Virus record (IMG/VR): IMGVR_UViG_3300029305_011675
Length of the DNA: 40,168 bases
DNA from: a virus
Taxonomy: Duplodnaviria; Heunggongvirae; Uroviricota; Caudoviricetes
Strand: one strand, 5' to 3'
This document shows positions 18,418 through 27,464 of the stretch, piece by piece (the stretch's first letter is position 1; every line of letters starts with the position of its first letter). Both the position numbers and the translations under genes were made by a program. The notes under the pieces were generated by a model. It was not told the DNA's origin and searched no databases. It was given only the letters and a program-made list of their open reading frames with translations.

Positions 18418-19800
18418 ATTATCATCAGCCGTTTTTTCGCCAATTACACGACTTACATATACACCTTCTGCACTGGCCTGACCTAAAGAGTGGGTAGTGC
18501 CACTGCAATCGCCGATAAAGTAGAGTCCCTTCTTCTCGCTCTCAAAATTATTATCAACATTGACAACGGAATTATAGAACTTAACTTCTGCACCATATAG
18601 CAGATTGTCGTAGTTTGCCGTACCAGGAGCAATCTTATCAAGAGCATAAATCATCTCGATAATAGTGTCCAAGGTCATCTTCGGCATACACAGGGCAAGG
18701 TTGCCAGGTTCTGCAGACAGAGTGGGGCGAGTAAAAGACTTTTCAAGTCTGTCAGCATTGGTTCGCTTATTTGCAAGCAAATCACCAAATCGCTGAACCA
18801 TAACACCACCAGCAAGCATATTTACCATGCTTGCAACTGCTTCCCCATAAGCATTACTATCCTTAAAAGGTTCTGTGAACTTATGAGTGACAAGCAGAGC
18901 GAAGTTCGTATTCTTGGTATGCAGAGACTTATCTTCATAACTATGCCCGTTAACAGTCACGATACCGTTGGTGTTCTCGGCAACTATTTCGCCGTGAGGA
19001 TTCATACAGAAAGTACGACAAGTACAACCAGTCTTGGAACTTCTGTACATAATCTTACTCTCATAGACCTCGTCGGTAATATGTTCCCAAATTTCAGCAG
19101 GACACTCAAAGCGAATACCGATATCTACACGGTTATTGCTACCAGCAATACCGAAACTCTCACACAACTGGGAAGTCCACTTTGAACCGCTACGACCAGT
19201 TGCAACAATGACATTGTTCGCATAGACGCCCAACTTTTCGCCAGCACCGATGTACCAAATATCCTCAAACTGCTTTACAGTATCAACAGAAGCATTGTAG
19301 AAAATATCAATCTTATCAGACAGATATTCGACAATGTTGCCGATAATATTGTAATTCTTTTCAGTACCAAGATGGCGCACATTCGCATCAAGCAGATGCA
19401 AATCGTGCTTCAATGCCTCTCTCTTCAATGCAGTACTTGCAGAAGGATATAGGGTAGAACCATCGCCACCCATTTCCATATTGATAGCATCAACATACTC
19501 CATCAACTCGATAGCGGTCTCACGACCAACATACTCGAAAAGATTTCCACCAAAATCATTGGTGATATTATACTTACCATCGGAAAAAGCACCTGCACCA
19601 CCGATACCAGTAGTAATAGAACAGTTCTTGCATCCGATGCAATTCTTAATCTTCTTGCCGTCAATCGGGCACTTTCTCTTATTCAGTTCGTTTCCCTTTT
19701 CGAGAATACAAACCTTCATATTGGGGTACTTCTTCGTGAACTCGTAGGCAGCAAACAGACCGCCTGCACCACCACCAATAATCGCTACATCATACTTCAT
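18397..19800 (-). CDS. FAD/NAD(P)-dependent oxidoreductase (uncharacterized FAD-dependent dehydrogenase family)
   Basis: IIGGGAGG, GIGGAGAFSDGK, ATGRSG, TFCMNPHG, NGHS, GAEVKFY, IGDCSG. Confidence 0.85.
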   Translation of the reverse strand: MKYDVAIIGGGAGGLFAAYEFTKKYPNMKVCILEKGNELNKRKCPIDGKKIKNCIGCKNCSITTGIGGAGAFSDGKYNITNDFGGNLFEYVGRETAIELMEYVDAINMEMGGDGSTLYPSASTALKREALKHDLHLLDANVRHLGTEKNYNIIGNIVEYLSDKIDIFYNASVDTVKQFEDIWYIGAGEKLGVYANNVIVATGRSGSKWTSQLCESFGIAGSNNRVDIGIRFECPAEIWEHITDEVYESKIMYRSSKTGCTCRTFCMNPHGEIVAENTNGIVTVNGHSYEDKSLHTKNTNFALLVTHKFTEPFKDSNAYGEAVASMVNMLAGGVMVQRFGDLLANKRTNADRLEKSFTRPTLSAEPGNLALCMPKMTLDTIIEMIYALDKIAPGTANYDNLLYGAEVKFYNSVVNVDNNFESEKKGLYFIGDCSGTTHSLGQASAEGVYVSRVIGEKTADDNVQVDMK

Positions 19801-19948
19801 AAAATTTTAATCTCCTTTATCTTTTGTGTGCTCGGTTTTACCTCCATTATTGTATCACAAAATAGTGCCTATGTCAACTACTTTTTGTATTGATTTTGTG
19901 AAAAAAATATGTTATACTGTAGAAAATTTTTATGGAGGTGCTTTTGAA

Positions 19949-20566
19949 ATGCTCACTTCTAAAAAGGGTTTTACCCTTATCGAACTATTAGTAGTTATCG
20001 GCATTCTTGCTGTTTTAGCATTCGTAACTGTACCTTCTGTTGCTGGAATTATAGAAAAGGCAAGAGCATCAAGCGATATGCAAGAGATTAGAGCAATGGA
20101 AATCGCAATAAATCACTACGCTATTGATGGTCGCTCTTATTTGTCTGCGACTTATGATATGCCAAAAGTTGAAGCAGTATTAAGACAGGTAACAGATGGA
20201 GAAACGAATTATGAAGAACTAATCAATAACAGATGTAATGCGACATTTGATAAAGACTTTTTACCAATAACTGCAAAAAGTTTTTCAGCAGTCGTATTTA
20301 ATTACTGTCAAGTTGAAAACAAAAAATTAACAACACCATCTCAATTTGGTTTTGATTACTATTACAATGTAGATACAGGTCTCGTTGTAAAAGCAGAAAA
20401 AGGCATTACAGACAGAAATGTATTAAAAGAAATTTTAATGAGTACAAGAGATGAAGATGATTTAACGGGAATGTGGATTAATATTACTTCATCTGTTGAA
20501 AACGGACTAACAAATGAAATGCCAACAGAAAACTATATACTATATACAAGTAACAATGGAGGGTAA
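19949..20566 (+). CDS. Type IV prepilin-like protein (pilin module only)
   Basis: GGAGGTG RBS; KKG|FTLIELLVVIGILAVLA; promoter ttgatt-17-tatact upstream. Confidence 0.8.
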   Translation: MLTSKKGFTLIELLVVIGILAVLAFVTVPSVAGIIEKARASSDMQEIRAMEIAINHYAIDGRSYLSATYDMPKVEAVLRQVTDGETNYEELINNRCNATFDKDFLPITAKSFSAVVFNYCQVENKKLTTPSQFGFDYYYNVDTGLVVKAEKGITDRNVLKEILMSTRDEDDLTGMWINITSSVENGLTNEMPTENYILYTSNNGG

Positions 20567-20569
20567 TAT

Positions 20570-21472
20570 ATGAGCAGTGTAATTTCTATGAAAAATATTT
20601 CGAAAGTTTATCGAAATACAAAAGCATTGAATGATTTTTCTATTGAAATCAACAAAGGTGATATTTACGGTTTAATCGGACCAAATGGTGCTGGTAAATC
20701 TACTTTTATCAAGGTTATTACTGGTCTTACAATGCCAACAACTGGCGAACTAACTATTTTTGATTCTGCTAATTTAGAAGAACCAAGAAGAAATATCGGT
20801 TCTATTATCGAAACACCAGTATTCTTCAAAAATTTAACAGCAAGAGAAAATTTGATTTTCTATTGCAAACAGTTTAACTGCAAAGAAGAAATTGTTGATA
20901 TTTGCTTGGAAAAAGTGAAGTTATCCAGTGTTAAAAACACGAAAAAGTTTAGAGAATATTCTCTCGGAATGAAACAGAGACTCGGAATTGCTCTTGCTTT
21001 GATGAATAATCCAAAACTTGTAATTTTGGACGAACCCACAAATGGTCTTGACCCAGTCGGCATTTCCGAATTAAGAGAAATTATCAAAGAACTTAATGAT
21101 AATGGTGTTACCTTTATCATTTGTAGTCATATCTTGTCAGAACTTTCTCAAATTGCCACAAAGTTTGGCATTATCAATGAAGGTAAATTCATCAAGGAAT
21201 TTACAAAGGATGAATTGGCAGAAATGACAAGTGATAAGATTATTATTGCTTCACCAGAATTCGATAAATTAAAAGAATATCTCACATCAAAGAAATTGGC
21301 ATTCGAAGAAATCGACCACAACACTGTTGAGGTTGAGAGTAAAGATATGCAAACTCACACATTTGCAAAAGATATGGTTGAAAAAGAAATCGTTATCGAT
21401 GCAATTTATCATAAGAAAATCACTTTGGAAGATTTGTTCTTAACTATTTTGAGTAATGGAGGTAATGCATGA
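20570..21472 (+). CDS. ABC transporter ATP-binding protein (BcrA/lantibiotic-immunity type)
   Basis: GPNGAGKS, YSLGMKQRLGIA, ILDEPTNGLDP, SHIL. Confidence 0.9.
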   Translation: MSSVISMKNISKVYRNTKALNDFSIEINKGDIYGLIGPNGAGKSTFIKVITGLTMPTTGELTIFDSANLEEPRRNIGSIIETPVFFKNLTARENLIFYCKQFNCKEEIVDICLEKVKLSSVKNTKKFREYSLGMKQRLGIALALMNNPKLVILDEPTNGLDPVGISELREIIKELNDNGVTFIICSHILSELSQIATKFGIINEGKFIKEFTKDELAEMTSDKIIIASPEFDKLKEYLTSKKLAFEEIDHNTVEVESKDMQTHTFAKDMVEKEIVIDAIYHKKITLEDLFLTILSNGGNA

Positions 21473-22308
21473 TGACAAACTTATTGAAAGCAGACTTGTA
21501 TAGAACAAGTAAATCAAAATCTCTTTATGTAACGGCAATTGTATGTATTGTTTTTGTATTGCTTTCCGCATTACTTTATAAAGGCATTGATATTGTTGCC
21601 AACACTTTGTTGCCAGGTGAAAGTATTATGCAAGAAACCCCCGTTGAAGGCGGAGATATCGCCGAAATGGGAGATATGCTGGTAGGAAGTTTTGGTTCTT
21701 CAACAGCATTTACAACGGCACAGGAAATTCTAAAATCCGATACGCTTATTTATTGCTTAATTGCGATTTTCATTTTGGTTTCTGCGGTTGAATTTTCATC
21801 GGGAACGATTAAAAACTCGCTTACTGCTGGTATCAGTAGAAAAAATATCTATTTTTCAAAGTTTACACTTTCTTGTTTGTATACGATTGGTTACTATTTA
21901 GTATTTTTCGTATTTGCAATTTTAAGTAGTATGCTTGTATATTGGGAAGGTATTTCTGCATCCCAACTTGGAGAATTGTTATTTACAGGAATTAGGCAAA
22001 TTCCGATTTATATCGGTGTAATCGCCGCCGCACATTGTTTCGTATTTGCGACACAATCAACGGTAGCATCTGTTTCTTTATTTATCGTTTCTTTTATGAT
22101 TTTTAACACCATTTTACCAATGTTCAATATGGTGCTTGGTTGGGACATGAATGTAACACTTCTTTTCCCTCTATATCAGTGTATTGAACTTGTTAATTTT
22201 GATGTATCAGCAATCAACTATGCAACAATATATGGTAGTACACTTTTATACATCCTACTATTTGTATGGTTTGGTTATGCAAAATTCAAAAAATCAGAAA
22301 TTAAATAA
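21469..22308 (+). CDS. ABC-2 type transporter permease
   Basis: Multiple hydrophobic helices; EFSSGTIKNSLTAGISR motif; ATGA overlap with the ATPase gene. Confidence 0.85.
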   Translation: MMTNLLKADLYRTSKSKSLYVTAIVCIVFVLLSALLYKGIDIVANTLLPGESIMQETPVEGGDIAEMGDMLVGSFGSSTAFTTAQEILKSDTLIYCLIAIFILVSAVEFSSGTIKNSLTAGISRKNIYFSKFTLSCLYTIGYYLVFFVFAILSSMLVYWEGISASQLGELLFTGIRQIPIYIGVIAAAHCFVFATQSTVASVSLFIVSFMIFNTILPMFNMVLGWDMNVTLLFPLYQCIELVNFDVSAINYATIYGSTLLYILLFVWFGYAKFKKSEIK

Positions 22309-22318
22309 CATACAAAGC

Positions 22319-22352
22319 AAAAGTACCAGACAAATGTCTGGTACTTTCTTTT
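22319..22352. terminator. Bidirectional hairpin terminator
   Basis: aaagtaccagaca / tgtctggtacttt. Confidence 0.75.
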
Positions 22353-23066
22353 TTACTCGATATTGGAATACTTTTCGTTCAAAGCAAGGTCAACGAGAGA
22401 AATCTCATTGTATGCGGGAGCATCAATGTTTCTTTGAGAGGCGAAAGAGTAATCACAATCAGTAAGCATCTTGCCAAGGGCATTAAGATAAAGCATATCG
22501 AACTCATACACAGTATCCTCGCCATCGTAATCTGGATATTCACTTACATAGAACTTCTTGTCGTAGTTCAGATAACGATAACCAGTGTCCTTTGCAAAAC
22601 CCTCTGCAATAAGACCCTTTGCAGGAATCTCATTTCGCTGACTGAAGAAAGAAAATGCCTTCAGTTTTGCGATAACGTCGGGATTTGGAGAGTGGAACTG
22701 GTCATTTGATACATCGTATGCAGTCAATTCGTTGTCGCCAAACTCCAGACTATGTGCATAGAGTTTGATGAGAGCAGTCATGAGTTCGTGACTGTAAATC
22801 TCTCCATTGGATGCGATATAGAAACCGCCAACCTCGACATGATTATCTACGATGTAATCGACAATTTCAGCAATTTCCTTGCTGTAGAGAGTAGGTTCGC
22901 CACCAGTGAAAGTGATGCAACCAATGTAACTTACCTGATTGATGATATGCTTAACATATTCAATATCAATCGTTACATCTTCCATAGCACCGCGCAGGCA
23001 ATGAGCACATTGACGGTTGCATTTTCTTCCTACCTCGACGATAAATTGGCTAATTTGTGCTTTCAT
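22353..23066 (-). CDS. Radical SAM protein (short, no SPASM domain evident)
   Basis: CNRQCAHC (CX3CX2C), FTGGEP, ASNG, SNDQFH; AAGGAGG RBS. Confidence 0.85.
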   Translation of the reverse strand: MKAQISQFIVEVGRKCNRQCAHCLRGAMEDVTIDIEYVKHIINQVSYIGCITFTGGEPTLYSKEIAEIVDYIVDNHVEVGGFYIASNGEIYSHELMTALIKLYAHSLEFGDNELTAYDVSNDQFHSPNPDVIAKLKAFSFFSQRNEIPAKGLIAEGFAKDTGYRYLNYDKKFYVSEYPDYDGEDTVYEFDMLYLNALGKMLTDCDYSFASQRNIDAPAYNEISLVDLALNEKYSNIE

Positions 23067-23149
23067 ATTATTCCTCCTTAATATTGTGTTTAATATACCA
23101 ATACAAAAACAATATCATATGGACTTTATTTTTTCAAAAAATAAAATAA

Positions 23150-23656
23150 AAAAGGACTTAACCTTTCGATTAAGTCCTAATTTATACAAACAATTAAGTT
23201 TTGTACTTTATTATTTTGCCATTCGTTTCCGAATGCCCTTACGGTCATCATACTCATTTTCAACCCAAGTATGAAGGCAAGTTAGTGGAGAAGTTCAACC
23301 CATTCATCTCCAATATACCACAAGCACCATTCTTGGTGCACAATCGAAAGGCGAACCTTTCGGTGAGGAAACCTGCGGTAAGTGTCTCCTTGTAACTATT
23401 CGACAAGCGAATAGCAATGCAATCAGGACCGAAACTAATCCTTCATTATCGCATCCCCACTTTTTCCGCACCTTCCATTCAGTGTTCCCCAATACGTCCA
23501 CATCTCAATAGATGCTTCGTGTAGAAGTTCCCAAGGAATTTCCAATGTTTCCAAAGAAGTTCAGGTCAAAATCCAAATTACTTCTATTTGCCACGACCTT
23601 CAACTCATTTTTCAACCCAGTCGAAGGAGATTGCTCGATAACATTTTTGTTATCGT
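23150..23656 (-). ncRNA. Candidate large structured non-coding RNA (about 500 nt)
   Basis: Perfect promoter upstream (23663-23691), terminator downstream (23144-23183), many stems and GNRA loops, and no credible ORF. Confidence 0.65.
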
Positions 23657-23662
23657 TCTGCT

Positions 23663-23691
23663 ATTATAAAACATAAAATTACATTTGTCAA
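23663..23691 (-). promoter_or_regulatory. sigmaA promoter TTGACA-17-TATAAT
   Basis: Minus strand ttgaca aatgtaattttatgttt tataat. Confidence 0.8.
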
Positions 23692-23711
23692 GTATTTTAA
23701 GAAAAATTTTT

Positions 23712-24413
23712 TTATAAACTCTTGTCGCACTCAACATAGAATTGACACATATCGTCAAGTCTCAAGCAACCAAGTCTCTGTATTTTTGCACATCCGCAAT
23801 CAATATTTATCTTTTTCCCATCATCGTAAGTGAGAATTTCATAAAAACCAAAAGGATGCCATTTACCACTTGGTGTATGACCATGTACAAATATATAATC
23901 GGAAGTGTTCTCCCAAAATCTCAACTCTCCTCTATTCCAGAGGATGTTTTCACTTTTAACTTCATTTTCAAGAGTTTCTTCAAAACTATCTCCATCTCTC
24001 ATACAAAGAGCAGCATGGGATAAAAAGAATTTTTTATCACCAATTTCCACAAACTCGTACCATTTAAGTTCGGCAATATAATCAATAATTTCTTGTCGAA
24101 CTTCTTTTGATAATTCAAAGAATTCTCTCTTTGTGGTATAACCACCGTTCCACTCCCACATATCGTTTGCTTCTGCTCTTTTCTCTTCGTCTGTGCTTGC
24201 AGAATCGAGCATCATTTTTTCATGATTACCCATCAAAAGAACAATATTGTCTGCATACATTGTGTGTCTTAAGACCTTGATTGGATTTTGCCCACGGTCA
24301 ATGACATCCCCAAGAATATATAATTTATCTTTGTGGGAGAAATTTATTTTTAGTAACATTTCGAGATATTCGTCGTATCTACCGTGAATATCCGACATAA
24401 CATAGGTGGACAC
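23712..24413 (-). CDS. Calcineurin-like metallophosphoesterase (PPP/lambda-phosphatase type)
   Basis: SDIHG, GDVIDRG, GNHE, SHA, HGHTP, IDCGC; GTG start after AAAGGGGTG. Confidence 0.85.
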   Translation of the reverse strand: MSTYVMSDIHGRYDEYLEMLLKINFSHKDKLYILGDVIDRGQNPIKVLRHTMYADNIVLLMGNHEKMMLDSASTDEEKRAEANDMWEWNGGYTTKREFFELSKEVRQEIIDYIAELKWYEFVEIGDKKFFLSHAALCMRDGDSFEETLENEVKSENILWNRGELRFWENTSDYIFVHGHTPSGKWHPFGFYEILTYDDGKKINIDCGCAKIQRLGCLRLDDMCQFYVECDKSL

Positions 24414-24431
24414 AACGAACACCCCTTTCTT

Positions 24432-24872
24432 TTAGCATAGATTACTCGCACCGATTCTATCGGCACCAATATCAATATATTTTTTAGCATCTACAAGAGT
24501 TCTAATACCTCCCGATGCTTTAATTTTAAGGTCAAAATTGTTTCTATCAATCATTTCTTTCATAATAGAAACTGCCTCTGGTGTTGCACCGTGTTCTGCA
24601 AAACCAGTAGATGTCTTAATGTAGTCAGCACCACATTCCGCACAAATCTGACACATCTTTTTAATCTGCCATTCCGTGAGACAACAGGTTTCGACAATAA
24701 CTTTTAGAATTACAATGTCGCAACCTCTTTTGTGGTCATCAATCGCTTCAACGATTGTTCTAATCTCTTCTGCAACTTTTGCAAAAGTAGAACAATCCCA
24801 ATTTGGAAAACCAACAACAGTGCAAACTTTTACATCACTACATTCAAGATGTGCCTTTGCCTGTGATACATA
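24432..24872 (-). pseudogene. deoC: deoC 3' part (deoxyribose-phosphate aldolase), also carrying an in-frame internal deletion
   Basis: Manual translation gives YVSQAKAHL..VKVCTVVGFP..LKVIVET..GADYIKTSTGF..IKASGGIRT..GADRIGAS. Confidence 0.85.
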
Positions 24873-25090
24873 ATGACATCCTCTACCGCTTCAAGCGGTA
24901 GTTTCCATTACGAACAACCCTAACGGTCTAACCACGGGTTGTTCATTTTTTATAGAAACCACCATTAAAGTGGAATTACAAGGTTTCTGCTTCTTCCATC
25001 ACTGCCAATTGAGCATAACTCAACTGGTCTTACACGATGTCCACAGACGTAAGTTCCCGTGTGTCCCACGGTACTGTTTATATAATTAGG
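24873..25090 (-). ncRNA. Predicted TnpB omega-RNA (reRNA) scaffold
   Basis: About 210 nt between the tnpB stop and the IS right end, as established for IS200/IS605 tnpB loci. Boundaries are inferred. Confidence 0.55.
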
Positions 25091-26243
25091 CAGTGAGCAA
25101 TCTCTTGCCTTCGTTCAATATGTTGACAGAAGCATTAAAATCTCTATCGTGGGCAGTATTGCAATTGGGACATATCCAATTTCTAACGGAGAGATTTTTT
25201 ACTTCTGCATTTTTGTATCCACAGCAACTGCAGATTTGTGAACTTGGGTAGTAGGTATCAACCTGTATGAAAGTTTTACCATACCATTCAGATTTATATT
25301 TTAATTTAGATATAAATGAATACCAACCAAGTTCGCCAATGTTTTTATGCAATTCCTTACTGTAAGGCAAAGAATTGTCCATTAGCATTTTCTTAACATT
25401 AAGATGCTCTACCGCAATTAAGTCATATTCTCTTACTATATCAAGAGATAACTTATGAAGAAAATCTTCTCTACAGTTCGCATCTTTTCCACAGAATTTT
25501 GCTAATTTTAGTTTTGCTTTCTCTCTATTTTTTGAACCCTTTTGCTTTTTAGAGAGTTGCCGATAGAGTCTTCTCTTTTTCTTTTCGTTTTGCTTGATAA
25601 AATTGGGTTTTTCGATAACTGTTCCATCGGAAAATGTAGTGAAATGACTAATTCCGATATCGATACCTACTTCTTTGCCAGTTTTATCAAACTGTTCAAT
25701 TCTATCTGCACGACGAATAGTAAGAGTTACATAAACTTTACCAGATTTCGTTTTTTTAACAGTCGCAGATTGAATAGTGCCGTTAGGTATCGCTTGATTA
25801 GGTTTGGTTCTCACCCAACCAAATTTTCCCAACTTAATTTTGTTACCATCAAAACGAATGCCATTTGTAACATTCATTATACGAAAACTCTGGTTACTGT
25901 GTTTGCTGCGGTATTTTGGTAAACCGCATTTCTTTTGATAAAAGTGTTGCATTGTGGTCCAATAGTCCTGCAACGCTTGTTGTAAACAAGTAGCATCTGC
26001 TTCTTTAAGAAATGGGTTTACTTTCTTTAAATTTGGTAATTCTTTTGCCAAATTTACAAAATTATACTGTTGCAAGTTATTCTTGTACCTATCGGTATTA
26101 AAATCAATTGCCCAGTTATATATAAAACGAGAGTGACCAAAATATTTATTGAGAAGTTCTAATTTTGAAACGGGTATGTCTATACTGCATTTAATATTAA
26201 CAGTATTCGTTCCATTGCTTTTGAAAGAACCTTTCTTAAACAT
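25086..26243 (-). CDS. tnpB: RNA-guided endonuclease TnpB
   Basis: HSRFIYNWA HTH, RuvC GIDIG / AVEHL / HDRDFNA, zinc ribbon CSCCG..CPNC. Own promoter ttgaca-17-tataat. Confidence 0.9.
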   Translation of the reverse strand: MFKKGSFKSNGTNTVNIKCSIDIPVSKLELLNKYFGHSRFIYNWAIDFNTDRYKNNLQQYNFVNLAKELPNLKKVNPFLKEADATCLQQALQDYWTTMQHFYQKKCGLPKYRSKHSNQSFRIMNVTNGIRFDGNKIKLGKFGWVRTKPNQAIPNGTIQSATVKKTKSGKVYVTLTIRRADRIEQFDKTGKEVGIDIGISHFTTFSDGTVIEKPNFIKQNEKKKRRLYRQLSKKQKGSKNREKAKLKLAKFCGKDANCREDFLHKLSLDIVREYDLIAVEHLNVKKMLMDNSLPYSKELHKNIGELGWYSFISKLKYKSEWYGKTFIQVDTYYPSSQICSCCGYKNAEVKNLSVRNWICPNCNTAHDRDFNASVNILNEGKRLLTA

Positions 26244-26434
26244 TTTTATCACTCCTTTCATAAGTTTTATATGTATAAATTATACTTAAAAAGTAAGAAA
26301 ATGTCAATAGAATCCAATAAACAAACAGCACCGCTACCGCTCTACTGTTTGTTTAAGATATGCGGTCTTGCACTTCAAGTGCGACCGCTGTGCCTGCATC
26401 CACCGTCAAAGACGGATGTTTTGACACTTAAATA

Positions 26435-26560
26435 ATAAGAAGGAACATATACACTTACTGTCTTAAGATATTTTACCTTTTTGCAAAGGTTAATAATATC
26501 TTTTGATGTTGTAATTCTTTTTAATATAGTTAAATCTACTTTACCCCAAATTCTTCCCAT
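26435..26560 (-). pseudogene. deoC: deoC 5' part
   Basis: KVDLTILK..TSKDIINLC..SVYVPSY matches the DeoC N-terminus (IDHTLLK..DI..LC..SVC.PP.Y). Promoter ttgaca-17-tataat at 26593-26621. Confidence 0.75.
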
Positions 26561-26714
26561 ATAAGCCTTCTAAATGCTATTTTGTTGTTTTTATTATACC
26601 ATATTCTCGAAACCGTGTCAACCAAAAAAGAAAACTTTTTGCAAAAATAGTAGTTGACATTTAGAACACTTTATGGTAAAATTAAGAAAAATAATTCGTG
26701 AAAAGGTGACAAAT

Positions 26715-27464
26715 ATGCAATTACGAAATCTAATTCCAGATACTTGGGATGAAGCATTGTCGGCAGAATTTGAAAAACCGTATTTTTTAGAATTAGAAAA
26801 TAAAATTAATGAAGAATATAAAAATCATACAGTTTTCCCAGCAAAAGAAAATATCTTTAATTCCATTTCTTTTTCTAAACCAGAAGATATCAAAGTCGTA
26901 ATTCTGGGGCAAGACCCCTATATTAAACAGGGGCAAGCACACGGTTTGAGTTTTTCAGTTCAAGATGGTATCGCATTCCCAAAATCTCTAATCAATATTT
27001 TTAATGAATTAAGCGTTGACCAGAATTGTTCAATCCCAACCTCTGGTTGCCTTGAAAAATGGGCAGAACAGGGTGTGTTGCTATTAAACACAATATTAAC
27101 TGTTAGAGAAAATGAAACAAATTCTCATATCAATTTTGGTTGGCAAAACTTCACAAAAGAAATTCTAAAAATAGTATTAAATACTGATACTCCAAAGGTA
27201 TTTATTTTGTGGGGTAATCAAGCGAAGCAATCTTTTGCATCGGCAATTGATGACGAAGTATTTAGAAATGTTTTGTTAACGGAAAATTTCAGAGAGTTAA
27301 ATAGCACTATCAAACATGCTGATAAAAACTATATGATTCTCACAGCACCTCATCCAAGTCCACTTTCAGCATATCGGGGTTTCTTTGGTAGTAAACCATT
27401 CAGCAAAACAAATGATTTTCTCATTAAAAATGGACAATCTCCGATTGAATGGAGGTTGCCTTAA
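26715..27464 (+). CDS. ung: Uracil-DNA glycosylase (family 1)
   Basis: GQDPY, AHGLSFSV, GVLLLNTILTV, FILWG, HPSPLS. Promoter ttgaca-17-taaaat at 26654-26682. Confidence 0.95.
   Translation: MQLRNLIPDTWDEALSAEFEKPYFLELENKINEEYKNHTVFPAKENIFNSISFSKPEDIKVVILGQDPYIKQGQAHGLSFSVQDGIAFPKSLINIFNELSVDQNCSIPTSGCLEKWAEQGVLLLNTILTVRENETNSHINFGWQNFTKEILKIVLNTDTPKVFILWGNQAKQSFASAIDDEVFRNVLLTENFRELNSTIKHADKNYMILTAPHPSPLSAYRGFFGSKPFSKTNDFLIKNGQSPIEWRLP

Larger units (their letters stand above)
24873..26434 (-). mobile_element. IS200/IS605-family (IS1341-like) non-autonomous element carrying tnpB only
   Basis: Left-end hairpin catccgtc-tttgacggtggatg after target TTAT; right-end hairpin ctaccgcttgaagcggtag followed by aggatgtcat. 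Removal restores the deoC frame (PSY|YVSQA). Confidence 0.85.

Noticed and set aside
23201-23501. Small ORFs (64-65 aa) within the candidate ncRNA
   Set aside because: They lack an RBS and have atypical composition; the region is better explained by RNA stems.
24873-26434. Possible IStron (group I intron plus tnpB) that would splice out of deoC
   Set aside because: Only about 170 nt lie upstream of tnpB, with no P7/R/S core, and the element does not end in G. deoC is also internally deleted.
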